Assembly: GCA_038087875.1 (NCBI GenBank)
Contig: CM075987.1
Coordinates: 18,354,001-18,414,000, forward strand
DNA: 60,000 nucleotides
Origin: Malacoraja senta
Lineage: Eukaryota
Direction: 5' to 3'
The stretch's first letter is position 1. Every line of letters begins with the position of its first letter. Made by a program: the position numbers and the translations under genes. A model generated the notes under the pieces. The model was not told where the DNA came from. It worked only from the letters and a program-made list of their open reading frames with translations, and searched no databases. Shown here piece after piece: positions 23,961 to 36,100 of the stretch.

Positions 23961-25289
23961 ACCTAAACATTGATTAGAATGTTTATTGAGCCACATTGGC
24001 AGAAATCAGACCTTTCTAGGGTGTGGGATCTGCTTGTGTGGCTCAGTATCAAAATAATATTCAAGAACACTTCTGTAAAGCATCTTTAGATGTTCTATAT
24101 GTGCAAATTATTGTTGAATTTGATCTGATTAAATTAGTGATCCTGAGAAACAAACTGAAGCAAGGGAGATTTTGGAAATAGTGAAGATAACGATCAAATT
24201 CACATCAGTGGTGGATATGGAGAAAGCAGAGACAAAGAGAAGATTTGGGGCAGCAAATCAGTTACTTTCAGCTCGATGATTGGCACCCCAGCTGAGGTCA
24301 ATTGGTCAAAGAATATTAAATCAAACTATAGACTAGCGAAGATATGAAATGCATAAGACAATCAAAAAAGATTCTGGATAGTGGTACATCAAAGATAAAC
24401 ATTTTGTTTTAGAGAGAGAGATTAGGGCAAAAATTAAACTTTGAAAAAGCCTTTTGATAAGTGAAGTGGGAAATGCAGAAGGAAGCTGAATGGTAGAGAA
24501 AATAAATAAAGTGGGAGATTTACTGTAGAAGTCGTAATAAGAAATGAAGAGCGGCGGTCACCATCTGGTTTCGTGATTTGCAGTACTACATATCTGTTCA
24601 AAAGGAGAAGGATGATTCAGACTAATCAGGGACACTCGCCAAGAACTCTTACAGAACAGAGGTGCTTTATCTATCCAAGACAATTCATATTTGCTATTGG
24701 CAAGCCCAGAAACATAAAGGAGACAAGACATGGGCTGAATATCTTTAAAATGAATTTTCTGAGGCATTTAATGAGGTAACTCATAAGAAAATAAAAATGT
24801 ATATTAATGCACACGCATGAATGTTGCACAGAAAGAATATCCAGTCATTTGGTAGGATTTTGACGTGCCACAGAGATTTGTGTTGCTATCTCTCAAATTT
24901 TCCATTTATTTAAATGACTTGGACATGCATGCAAAACTAATGACTTTAAGGTTTGCTAATTATACCAATTTAGAGAGCGGTGGGCTGTGAAGATGAAGGC
25001 AAGAAATTACAGAGATGGGCTGGTTAGTGATAGGGTCATGAACTTGACGATTCAGCTTTCAGCATCTGTTAATTTGCTCTATTTCTATCTCGCTTTAAAG
25101 TGGTTTATCAATTTTAAGTCTTGCTCAAACTGCTTGCAGTGACAGCCCATATTCACCATCCCAACCTGTTACCCCTGCATTATCCTTATGCAAGCTTTAT
25201 TCCTTGATCCAATGGCCTTAGTGCAAAGTGGAGCAGCTTACAAGGGAGCAGCTTATACTGTACATAAATTCTGCAAGGCATTAAAAAGA

Positions 25290-25795
25290 AGAAAAAGACA
25301 CAAGTGCAAAGGACAATTTAAAAAAAACCTAAGTACATGGTAATGCAGGAGGTGGGCCACACCGCTCCGTTGTCAAGGGAGGATTAGGGTTATGCAACTT
25401 GGTTCCAGAATTTGATGGTTATAGGAAAGTAGCTGTATCTGAACCTGGTGTTGTGGAGCTTCTGGCTTCTGTTCCTCCTGCGGGATGGCAGCATTGAGAA
25501 GAGGGCATGGCCTGGATGGTGGAATCCTTGATAACAGATGCCACCTTTGTGAGGCAGTTCCTCATATGGAGGCAACGATGCCCATGATGGACTGGGCTGA
25601 TTCACTGCTCTCTGCTGCCTTTTGCGTTCCTGTGTGTTGGAATTACCCATACCAGGCCATGATGCAACCAATCAGGGTATTTTATGCAGTACTTCAGTAG
25701 AAGTTTGTTAGAGTATTCAATAATATGCTGAATCGCTTTAAACTTCTAAGCAATTAGAGGTGATGGCTTATACATCTCTGTGCTGGGCCCAGGGC
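25290..25795 (-). mobile_element. Rex1/Babar-like LINE 3' fragment
   Basis: Minus-strand ORF contains HPGHALFSMLPSRRRNRSQKLHNTRFRYSYFPITIKFWN, the typical Rex1/Babar C-terminal motif. Confidence 0.7.
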
Positions 25796-26065
25796 AGAAC
25801 AATACAAGTGATAGATCTTGTGGCATCACCCAAGATCTTTTCAGATGATGATCATATAAGCAAGTTAAAACATATATATAAAATGGAAGGCAATAAATTT
25901 GCTTAAACTTTTAACTGATTTAAATTTAATTAAAACAAACGTTATATAACACATGAGATAAATTCACTCACCTGTGCTTACCTCTCTGATACTGATCAGT
26001 GACCATTGCAAATAGATGGAGTGGTTCCATTTATGGGGCGTAAAGCTCAGGGGGCAGATATAAGT

Positions 26066-28273
26066 CAGGGCTCTCGCTTAACTTTTTTCCCCCTGTTGCC
26101 GGCCGGGCAACCTTGGCAGCTTTTTAGGTTGCCAAATGACAGTTTAGGTGGTCATTTAAGATGGCTTGCATGACGCGTGCGATAATGTGCTCGGACGAAG
26201 TGCTTAGTTACCAGTCGGAATTATACTCAATGAAGCATTCACATATTATTTCTGCTTCAAATAAAGTCACAAACTAAACATATTCACCAATCAAGACATG
26301 ATATATCCCACAATGACATGCAGCAAAATTATAAGACAGTATCTCAACTCTTTTTACACATAGCAATTAATGCAATTTCTATTAGTTCTTTCCACTTCCA
26401 AACAACAATGCGGTTGGATTATTCAGCGTATGATCAACCTGTGTCAATAAATCCTGGACCATGGTAACATATATGCGTATGTATAGTTGTGAATGTTGCT
26501 CATTAAATAACTACAGTACTGATACTCCATATTAAGAGCATTGATTTGCTGTTAAAATGAATTCTGTAATAACGTGTCAACGGCAGCAGTGACAATCGAA
26601 CACTGCGGTTTTAATGTTTCACGTGTTCACAATTTAATTAATCCATCTTTATGTATTAAAACAAATAATAACATTGGGAATTAAAACACATTTGATTGCA
26701 TTCCGTTATCAAACATAGTCAAAGTTCGCTCTGAAGACATTTCCAGCACAATAGGGTCAGGGAGGGTGGTGTGTGTGAATCAGTGCGGGGTGGATAGATG
26801 GCGGGGGTGGAGGGGGGGTTAGACGGCAGTCGGTGCAGAATGGATGGATTGAGGCAGGTGAATTAGTACGTGTTGGTTGGAGTAGGTAAAATTGTGAGGG
26901 GAGAGCACCGGGGATGTTAGTGGTGTTGAATGGGGGGGTTCAGTACGGGATGGATGGGGGTAGACAAAAGTGCTGGAGAAACTCAGCAGGTGAGGCAGCA
27001 TTTATGGAGCGAAGGAAATAGGCAAAGTTTCGGGTCGAGACCCTTCTTCAGACTGTTCCCCCCATTCTTCTTGGATGGGAGGATCAGTAGAGGATGGATG
27101 GGGGTGGAGATCAGCGCAGGATGAATGGGGGGGGGGGGTCAGTACAGTGTGGATCGGAGGGTCTGTGCAGGATGAATGGGGGATCACTACAGGATGAATG
27201 AGGGGAAGGGGGGAAGGTGCAGGGTAAATGGAGGGTGGGTCAGTACGGGATGAATGCGTGGATTAGTACAGGTTGGATGGAGGAGAAGTGGAGGATGGAT
27301 GGGAAAGGGGTAAGTACAGGGTGAATTGGGGAACCAGTGTAGGATGGATGGGGGGGGGGGGGTGGCAGGAGAATCAGTGCGAGGTGGATAGGGTGATCAG
27401 CGCAGGATGATTAGATGGGGGGGGGGTAGATGGGGAGGGGAGCACAGGGAATGTCAGTGAGGACTGAATAGAGGCGGGAATGGGGATCAGTGCGGGATGG
27501 AGAGGAGGGGCCCCAGGATAAGAGGGGTGCAGGGGGGCGTACAAGAGAGAGGGAGAGGGGGGGCGAGGTGGGGAGGAAGGAAGGTCAGCGCTCCTCGGAC
27601 AACATCGCCCCTCTGCCTTGGCCGTTGGGAACTCCTCGCCACCGCCTCCCTCCTCCGCCAGCCAACAGCAAGGTGCGGGGCCGGGAGGGTCAACTCAGAG
27701 ATCCTATAAGCTATAAGATCTTTGGTGCAGCTGCTTCAGACGAGTCGGAGTGAATGACGGGCCCCGAACAGCGGCTCCACTGCCTCCTCCTCCCGCCCCC
27801 CGCCCGCCCTGATAAGGGCCTCTGCTTGTAAACCCGCTAACAGTGATAACCGCCCTCCCCCTCCCTCCTCCTGGCCTCGGCTTGCGGGAGGGTTTGTTTT
27901 GAAAGCGGTTATCGCCGTTATCGGGTTTACAAGCAGAGGCCCTTATCAGGGCGGGCTGGAGGAGGAGGAGGAGATGGAGCCGCTGTCGTGGCCGCTGCTG
28001 CCGCTGTGCGAAGCCCATCATTCGCTCCGACCCTTCCTCACCCCGCACCTAGTATCTTTGCCCCACAATACAGCCATCACCGACACAAAACGTCGCGTTC
28101 CTTTTCTCCAGAGATGCTGCCTGACCCGCGGAGTTACTCCAGTTTTTTGTGTCTATCTTTGGTACAAACCAGTATCTGGTTGCCAAGCCGGGCAAAATGA
28201 CTTGGTGTTTAGGTTGCCCGGCGGTGCTTTGAGTGGTCAGTGGCACCCGGGCAACCTCTAATTTCGAGCCCTG
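26066..28273. mobile_element. Non-autonomous TIR DNA transposon with 5-bp TSD (hAT5-like)
   Basis: Termini CAGGGCTC...GAGCCCTG. TAAGT at 26061-26065 and 28274-28278. Subterminal GGTTGCC/GGCAACC repeats at both ends. No transposase ORF. Confidence 0.75.
26760..27530 (+). repeat. Degenerate purine-rich minisatellite inside the transposon
   Basis: Recurrent cagt(a/g)c(a/g)ggatg(a/g)atggggg units. Confidence 0.75.
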
Positions 28274-28730
28274 TAAGTGAATCCGGGCCCTTGGTTTGGC
28301 ACGACGAAGCAGTGTAGTGAGTCCAGTCATGGTACAATAGACAATGTGAAAGTTGGAGGTCAGGTATATTAGTGTCTGACCTCCAACTCATTACTGTAAC
28401 GATGTTCCCAATGCGTTGGCGTGGAAGTCGGGAACATGCTGATTCAAGCACTGCTGTTCAGCGGTTCTCTGGGGAACCGTCAGCTGCTGCTCAGTGGATC
28501 TGGGCCATTGGCTTTGACGAATGCTGTAAAGGGCAGCACATTACGAAACAAACAAAAAAAACTGACCGTATACATTGTAAAAAAAGCCGTGGACAAGGGA
28601 AAACAAAAATGCAAAACAGGTAAAGATGTGAAGCATGAGTGTGACTTTGCGATTTTGTTGGCTTCTCCTGCAAGACTAATGGTAAAAAGGTTCATCAGTG
28701 GCCAAATTTCTTTGCATAGAAATGCTAAAT

Positions 28731-28943
28731 AGACAATAGACAATAGGTGCAGGAGTAGGCCATTCGGCCCTTCGAGCCAGCATCGCCATTCAATGTGATC
28801 ATGGCGATTCGTCCCCAATCAGTACCCCGTTCTTGCCTTCTCCCCGTATCCCCTGACTCCGCTATTTTTAAGAGCCCTATCTAGCTCTCTCTTGAAAGCA
28901 TCCAGAGAACCTGCCCCCACCGCCCTCTGAGGCAGAGAATTCC
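28731..28943 (-). mobile_element. CR1 LINE 3' end
   Basis: Starts with the agacaatagacaataggtgcaggagtaggccattcggcccttcg tail on the reverse strand. Confidence 0.8.
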
Positions 28944-29516
28944 AGTGACTCGCAATCCCACAGTCTCCGAATGGCAATTGTGGGAGGAAAACAGCAGTAA
29001 AAGGACATAACCCCAACCCAAGAGTCATACAGAAGATTGACACAAAAAGCTGGAGTAACTCAGCGGGTCAAACAGCATCTCTAGAGAAAAGGAATAGGTG
29101 ACGTTTCAGGTCGAGACCCTTCTTCAGACATACAGATGGAGGAACACATTGATGTGCAGTGCACAGACAGTGGAGATTGGAATGTAGAACATAAACATTG
29201 AACCGTACAGCACAGGAATAGGCCCTTTGGCCACAATGTCTGTGCCAAACATGATGCATAGTTAAACTAATCTCGTCTGCCTGCTTATGACCTACATCCA
29301 TCTAAAAGCCTCTTAAAATCCACAATTGTACCTCCAACCTGGGTGCCCACCACCCTGTGTAAAAACACAAACTGGACCTGCAAGCTCCTTTAAACTTTGC
29401 CCCTCTCAACTTAAAGCTATTGGGAACAATATGAATGAACAAATTTACAAAGCAGCCTTGGGTGATTTTTGAATATGTAAATAGAGACATCAAATATAGG
29501 TATTAGGAAGTAATGT

Positions 29517-29727
29517 GTAGGAAGGAACTGCAGAACCATTCTACATTTCCTTGTCAGCATCCGCTTCGCTCTGTCGATTTCACACCTTACCCTTCAATAT
29601 CTCTAGACTCCTTCTCCCCTGACTCTCAGTCTGAAGAAGGGTCTCGACCCGAAACGTCGCCCATTCCTTCTCTCCAGAGATGCTGCGTGTCCCGCTGAGT
29701 TTCTCCAGCATTTTGTGTCTATATATG
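29517..29727 (+). mobile_element. PLE insertion with inversion and 12-bp TSD; hammerhead core at 29631-29658
   Basis: TSD AGGAAGTAATGT at 29505-29516 and 29728-29739; ctgaagaagggtctcgacccgaaacgtc. Confidence 0.8.
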
Positions 29728-31719
29728 AGGAAGTAATGTTTGAAAGATACTTTGATTAAGCCATGTTAAAAATACCACGAGTAAGTCTGGCATACTGAGG
29801 AGGATATCAGCGGTGAGGAAAGGGTACATCAAAAACTCACGACAATCATAAGAGCACTGAGAGGTTTTGAACAAAGACTGAATATTGGCCTTTTTTCTCC
29901 AACTGAGATGATTAAAGTGGATTAAAAACCATTAAAATGTCTCCATTGTTCCTTAACGAAAGATTGGTTCCACTGTCGAGATGATCAATAAAATGTAACG
30001 TTGACTAAATGTGATAGTGAGTGAAGTGACAGAGCAAGATGAATGACATTGCTTTCATCAGAGGATGGTTAGAACATTCATTATCTCAAGTAGTCATTAT
30101 AAAACAATGAGCCCTGATTTTTCAGTTAATTTTACCCAAATGCAACATTAATCAATATAAAAATCTAGTCTAGAGATTTGTTGGAAGGCATGAAATAATG
30201 TGGAAAAAGCAAATTCCCCTCTGATTATTATTTTCCTTTCAATTAATTTATGCAATTGTTCAAAAATAAACATTAATTTGACTGGACCATGGGCACTGCA
30301 TTTCATTGATGAAATAGATCCAATTCCTCAAAACCCTGAGGAAGTTTGGGACTGACTATAATCATTTATTTCCTCACCACTTACAGCTTGATTAGATATA
30401 ATTTTATGGTAACGCATTTTGTAGATCAAGACTGTTCCAATGCATTTCTACACGTTGAGTCTAATTGGTTAGTGATTTGTTTAATTGGTTAGTAATATGG
30501 TTTAAAGCTGAGTTATTGGTGGTTATCATTTTGTAGTTTGCTAAAAGTGAAACTTAATTTGCAACACTTATGTTATAATGTTCTGCCATTAGGACTGGTG
30601 AGCCCAATAAGACGTAGCTGCGGAAAATATTTATGCAACTTTGAGAAACTGAAACACTGAATTTAGAACTGTGACATTGTGGTTGTGGTGAACTTTGTGG
30701 TCCGTCGTGTTAATCTGAAGTGGCATGCTTTATATTCATGCTGCATATGAAAATGGAAAGGTTCATGTTCATCTCAGTCTTCTCCCACTGAAAAATGAGA
30801 TACTAAATGGGCATGGAGAGAAGTCATGTCTGCCCTTTATACAATAGGTCTGACTGGAATATAGAATGAAAAATGCCACATTCTAATATTAGGGTGTTCT
30901 AGTTAGACCACACCTACAGTACTGTGTTCACCTCCTGTTGTTGAGATGTAAGTAAACTCTTCTGGTATTAGAAGCACTAAAAAGAAAATGCAATGTCCTG
31001 TCATGAAATGCAACAATAGAATTTTATCCCTCAAACAACTGTGACTGTGCAAATGCTATATGGTTCCAGGTCTCCAAGCTCAAAGTAACACCTATGGGTA
31101 GCACTCTAAGTTATCTACATGGTTCTTACTGCACATCTTATTCACGCCCATGAACATTAGGTCATTGACTGCCAATTCCGACCCAAGCCATTGCCTGCTC
31201 ACAGCGTCATCAACTCCACCTCTGGCAATGCCGATCCAGACCCAACCTGCAAGGTTCCACCACCACCTTCACCTCAACAAGACTTTAGCAGCAGTGGCCT
31301 AAGCACTGAATTACAGCTGCACACTTTAGAATTATAGATTTTGCACATGGCAAGTTAATTTTAAAACTGTTTCCTGATAACAAGACATTTATTTAATGGG
31401 CTTTTACGTAATTATTACCAGCCACACACAGAAATAACTTTTGATATTGTGTGTACAAAGATTGCAGTGTTCAATCTTATCAATGTATAGATTTTCTTTA
31501 AACAGCAGATAAAATCAGAAATGTATGCAGAAAGATGAGACGGAATTGGCATTCCAATGTTGCATGTGCCTCAGTGTTGCATGTGCCTCAGTGACAATGG
31601 GCTTTCACAGAGTGTTTGGGTCTCCAGCGGTGGTTGTTGTTACTGCCATTGTAACTGAGGGACACCCAGTATAACATGGAATTCCTTCAGCCAAAATGAT
31701 GTCCTGTTTGCTGAATGAA

Positions 31720-33102
31720 TCTGCTTGAAACAAGCTCCTTGGTGCTTCTAGAATTTTTTGAAGATGTAACAAGTAGAATGGATAAGGGAGAGCCAGTGGA
31801 TGTGGTGTATCTGGACTTTCAAAAAGCCTTTGACAAGGTCCCACACAAGAGATTAGTGTGCAAAATTAGAGCACATGGATTGGGGGTAGGGTATTGACAT
31901 GGATAGAGAACTGGTTGGCAGACAGGAAACAAAGAGTAGGAATTAACGGGTCCTTTTCAGAATGGCTGGCAGTGACTAGTGGGGTGCTGCAAGACTCGGT
32001 GCTGGGACCCCAGTTATTTACAATATATATTAACGATTTAGACGAGGGAATTAAATGTGACATCTCCAAGTTTGTGGATGACACAAAGCTGGGGTGGCAG
32101 TGTGAGCTGCGATGAGGATGCTATGAGGCTGCAGGGTGATTTGGATAGGTTGGGTGAGTGGGCAGATGCATGGCAGATGCAGTATAATGTGGATAAATGT
32201 GAGGTTATCCACTTTGGTGGCAAGAATAGGAAGGCAGATTATTATCTGAATGGTGTAAGAAAGAACTGCAGATGCTGGTTTAAATCGAAGGTAGACACAA
32301 AATGCTGGAGTAACTCAGCGGGTGAGGCAGCTGATCCAGAGATCCAGCGATGCTGCCTCCCTGCTGAGTTACTCCAGCATTTTGTGTCTATTATCTGAAT
32401 GGTGTCAGATTAGGAAAAGGCGAGGTGCAACGAGACCTGGGTGTGCTTGTACATCAGTCACTGAAAGTAAGCATGCAGGTACAGCAGGCAGTGAAGAAAG
32501 CTAATGGCACGTTGGCCTTCATTGTGAGATAATTTGAGTTTAGGAGCAAGGAGATCCTACTGCAGTTGTACAGGGCCCTGGTGAGACCGCACCTGGAGTA
32601 TTGTGTGCAATTTTGGACTCCTAATTTCAGGAAGGACATTAATCTGGTAGGTTCACCAGATTAATTCCCGGGATGGCGGGACTGACGTATGATGAAAGAA
32701 TGGGTCGACTGGGCTTGTATTCACTGGAATTTAGGAGAGGGAATCTTATAGAAAAATATAAAATTCTTAAATGGACAGGCTACATGTAGGAAAAATGTTC
32801 CCGATGTTGGGGGAGTCCAGAACCAGGTGTCACAGTTTAAAAATATGGGGTAGGTCATTTAGGTGAAACATCTTCACCCAGAGAGTTGTGAATCTGTGGA
32901 ATTAATCTGCCACAGAAGGCCGTGGAGGCCAATTCACTGGATGTTTTCAAGAGAGAGTTAGATTTAGCTCTTAGGGCTAAAGGAATTAAGGGATATGGGG
33001 GAAAAGCAGGAGGTACTGATTTTAGATGATCAGCCATGATCATATTGAGTGGCGGTGCTGGTTCGAAGGGCCGAATGGTCTACTCCTGCACCTATTTTCT
33101 AA
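31720..33102 (+). mobile_element. 5'-truncated CR1 (HER1-like) LINE, RT domain to 3' end, disrupted
   Basis: LLEFFEDVTSRMDKGEPVDVVYLDFQKAFDKVPHKRL, SVLGPQLFTIYINDLDEG, KFVDDTKL, WQMQYNVDKCEVIHFG. Frameshifted. Confidence 0.93.
32257..32388. mobile_element. Hairpin-shaped PLE insertion nested in the CR1, 17-bp TSD
   Basis: TSD TATTATCTGAATGGTGT at 32240-32256 and 32389-32405. Confidence 0.88.
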
Positions 33103-36100
33103 TGCCGAATTTCAGGACTAGTATTTGTCAAGATTCATATTTTGTTTAAGTCGCTACCAAACTATTTTCTTTGTCAAATGAAAATACTATGAATGAATTG
33201 ATTGATGTTCTGGTGATTATTTGGCTTAGTAATGTTTTCCAAAAAGGTGGTTGAGTGAATAATCATTGATTTAGGTGCTTTTTATTTTATAGGATAATGG
33301 AAATTATCAATTACAAGGAATTGAGTTGAATTTACAGCCGACAGATCATTGGCGATGTTTCTGCTTCAGATGAGCCTCCCACCTCCCACGCACTTTATTC
33401 ACCTTACTTCATTTTGTTGACATATCTTTCCATTCTTCTCCCTTTCACATGCTTATCTAATTTCCTTTACATCTGCGCTATTTACCAATTTCCATGTCAT
33501 AAGACAAACTGGTGTTTGTGGTAATCAGCAAAAATATATGATTGTGTTTCACTTATGTGGGACTTTGTCCCTTGTTCCCATCCATAACTGATGATAGATA
33601 TCGTACCTGCTCTATATTAATCTGCTTTTAAATTATGAATGTCATCTAATATCCAGATGAGACTATTTACTATGAATCTGTGGCTGGGAAATATATTTTT
33701 AGACCATTAAATCATTGGCCATAAGAAGATAGCATTCCACCCACCATGTCTCCAAAAGAGCAATTATTCAAGTCCTTGCTTATTACCCATACGCCCACAA
33801 ATATTTATTTGATTTAAAAGACCAAACACCCTCTTGGAAAAGAATATTCAGACTTTAGAATTATATCACAAAGAGAATCAAACTGTATACGTCAGAAAAT
33901 AATCATTGTATGATGTTAGAATGAAAGCTCTAATTGTAGTATTTCTATTTTAATTTTCTCCACTTTTTCAGTGTTTTGCGTATTTTGCTCCTCCATTGAC
34001 AGCTCGATGACTGAGTGCATCGAATGACTTGGATCTGAGTCATGCAGTTCCACTTTCAATCTCCACCCAGACTAACTGAACAGATCTCCGAAGCTTCAAT
34101 TATGGGGTGCCACAATTAGCCTTAGCTTCTCATGAACCCTACTGCAAAGTGAAGTATTTAGAGTGAACGGAGTCGTGTAGAGCTCTGACGCTCCCCATTA
34201 TTAAGTAAGCTGCTGCTAGTTTGTGAAGAAAGACTACTTTCTGTGCAACATCCTGAGCCTGTAAAAGTATTCACAAAGATGACCTTCTAACATTGATCGT
34301 TTTTAACAGTGGCAATGCATTTGCAAGTTTGTAAAAGAAAAGCAGAGTCAAACTTGCAGAATCTGGGAGATGCAGGCATTTCAAGGTTACAATTCTTAGA
34401 AATCCTTTTTTTTTGTGTGGGTGTGCTGATAGATTCCACATCCCTGCTGACTGGCTCTCGTTGTGATAGCTGGTGTGGCTACAATTTGTCTGAGATAACT
34501 CTTGAACCAGTGCTATTTCACAGCAATGTTGAAATGTCCCATACCTTTGCTGTATCATATTGTATTAAAATAAAAATAGTTGCATCAATCCCCATTAAAT
34601 TCAACAATGAATTGCATTTGAGGATCCATTCATGTTTCGGTTTCTTGTGCTGCAATTGAACCACATTTATTAGTTTCAGTCAAACCAGCACAACATCTGC
34701 ATATTTGTAGACAATGCGGAAGGCAATTCCTTACAGGTGACAGGCTGTAACCTCTAATTAGTTCCCAGCAAGGCAGCCACAAACCTTAGCATGCGTGTTC
34801 AGTATTACATTGTACCTGACCTTGCAATCAAACGCAAATGCTGTTCACGTTTTAGTGTATTGGCATTTTTTGCATTCAATAAAATTAACATAGTTAAAGC
34901 AATTATACACCAATATGTATATGCTCAGCAAGAGCACTGTAGTGACACAGCGAGCTGCAGATACTGGAATCTCGAGCAAAGCACTAAGTGCAGGAGGCAC
35001 TCAGTGGATCAGACTCTTCTCAATTTGCTGCCTGAACTGAATTCCTCCAGCACTTAGTGTTTTGCTCAGAACATCGTGGTGTGAAATTACATTGTTCCAA
35101 TCATTTTATGAAGTGTTGCAGTCCAAGTAATGTCAGAGTTTTTTTCCACGTCTCCTTGTACTTGAGAATCACTGCAATCCTGCTGGTGAAAATGGATCCA
35201 AAATTGATGAAGGAATTTCAATATATTTTGAAGAAAGAATAGAATGGGACTTCAATTGCAAGACTGTGCATGAGATAGTGTTTCCATGCCGCCCGAGTCT
35301 TTCCAGTTGGCGAGGTCGTGTGTCTGGGAAATGCTATCAGGCATTGCATTTTATAACAGCATTTAAGAACGTCCATAAGACCATAGACATAGGAGCAGAA
35401 TTAGGCCATTCCGCCCATCGTCAGCTCTGCCATTTGATCATGGCTGATCTACTTTTTTTACTCTCAAACCTGCCCTCTCCCTGTAACCTTTGACACCCTC
35501 ATCTGTCCATTCCCTCCACAGATGGCGCCTGACCAGCTGAGCTCCTCCAGCACTTGGGTTTCTGCTCAAGCTTCTGGCATCTGCAGTTTTTTGGTAGCTC
35601 TCTTTTATGTTCAACTTGCATTTCCTTGCTTACATTTTCCTCCAAATTATCCTTCAGAACAAAGAAGATTATGTGCAGATTTAATGAAGCGTGGAAAGCT
35701 GGGAAGGATTTTGATATGAAGTAAATGAACCAGTGATCATTGTCAGAATGTCATTATCTAACGGAGACAGATGTTGTGAATAAACACAGTAGAGATGATG
35801 AAAATCCCCCCCCCAAAAAATCTGCAGTTGCTGAAAATGTGAAATAAAAACCAAAAGGACTGGAAACACTCAGCCCGTCAGTCAGCATCTGTGGAAAGAG
35901 AAACGGTTAACATTTCATATTGTAGTGAAGGTTCCCAGACTTGAAACTTTAATTGCTTCACTTCGGTAGAGCAAGGAACAGTACAATGCAGGCCCACTAT
36001 GACGTGCCCAACATGATGCACTAATATTCAGAAAAATGAATTCAGGAACATTACACCAATCTCCTCTGTCTCCGTGTGATCCATATCCTTCCATTCTCTG

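Noticed and set aside
30593..30597. ttctgccattag|GACTG|gtgagc micro-exon-like signal
   Set aside because: 5 nt is not frame-preserving, and read-through hits a stop.
34003..34204. Exon-like unique segment after ccattgacag
   Set aside because: The required phase reaches TGA within 8 codons and there is no homology. It could be an enhancer, but that is unsupported.
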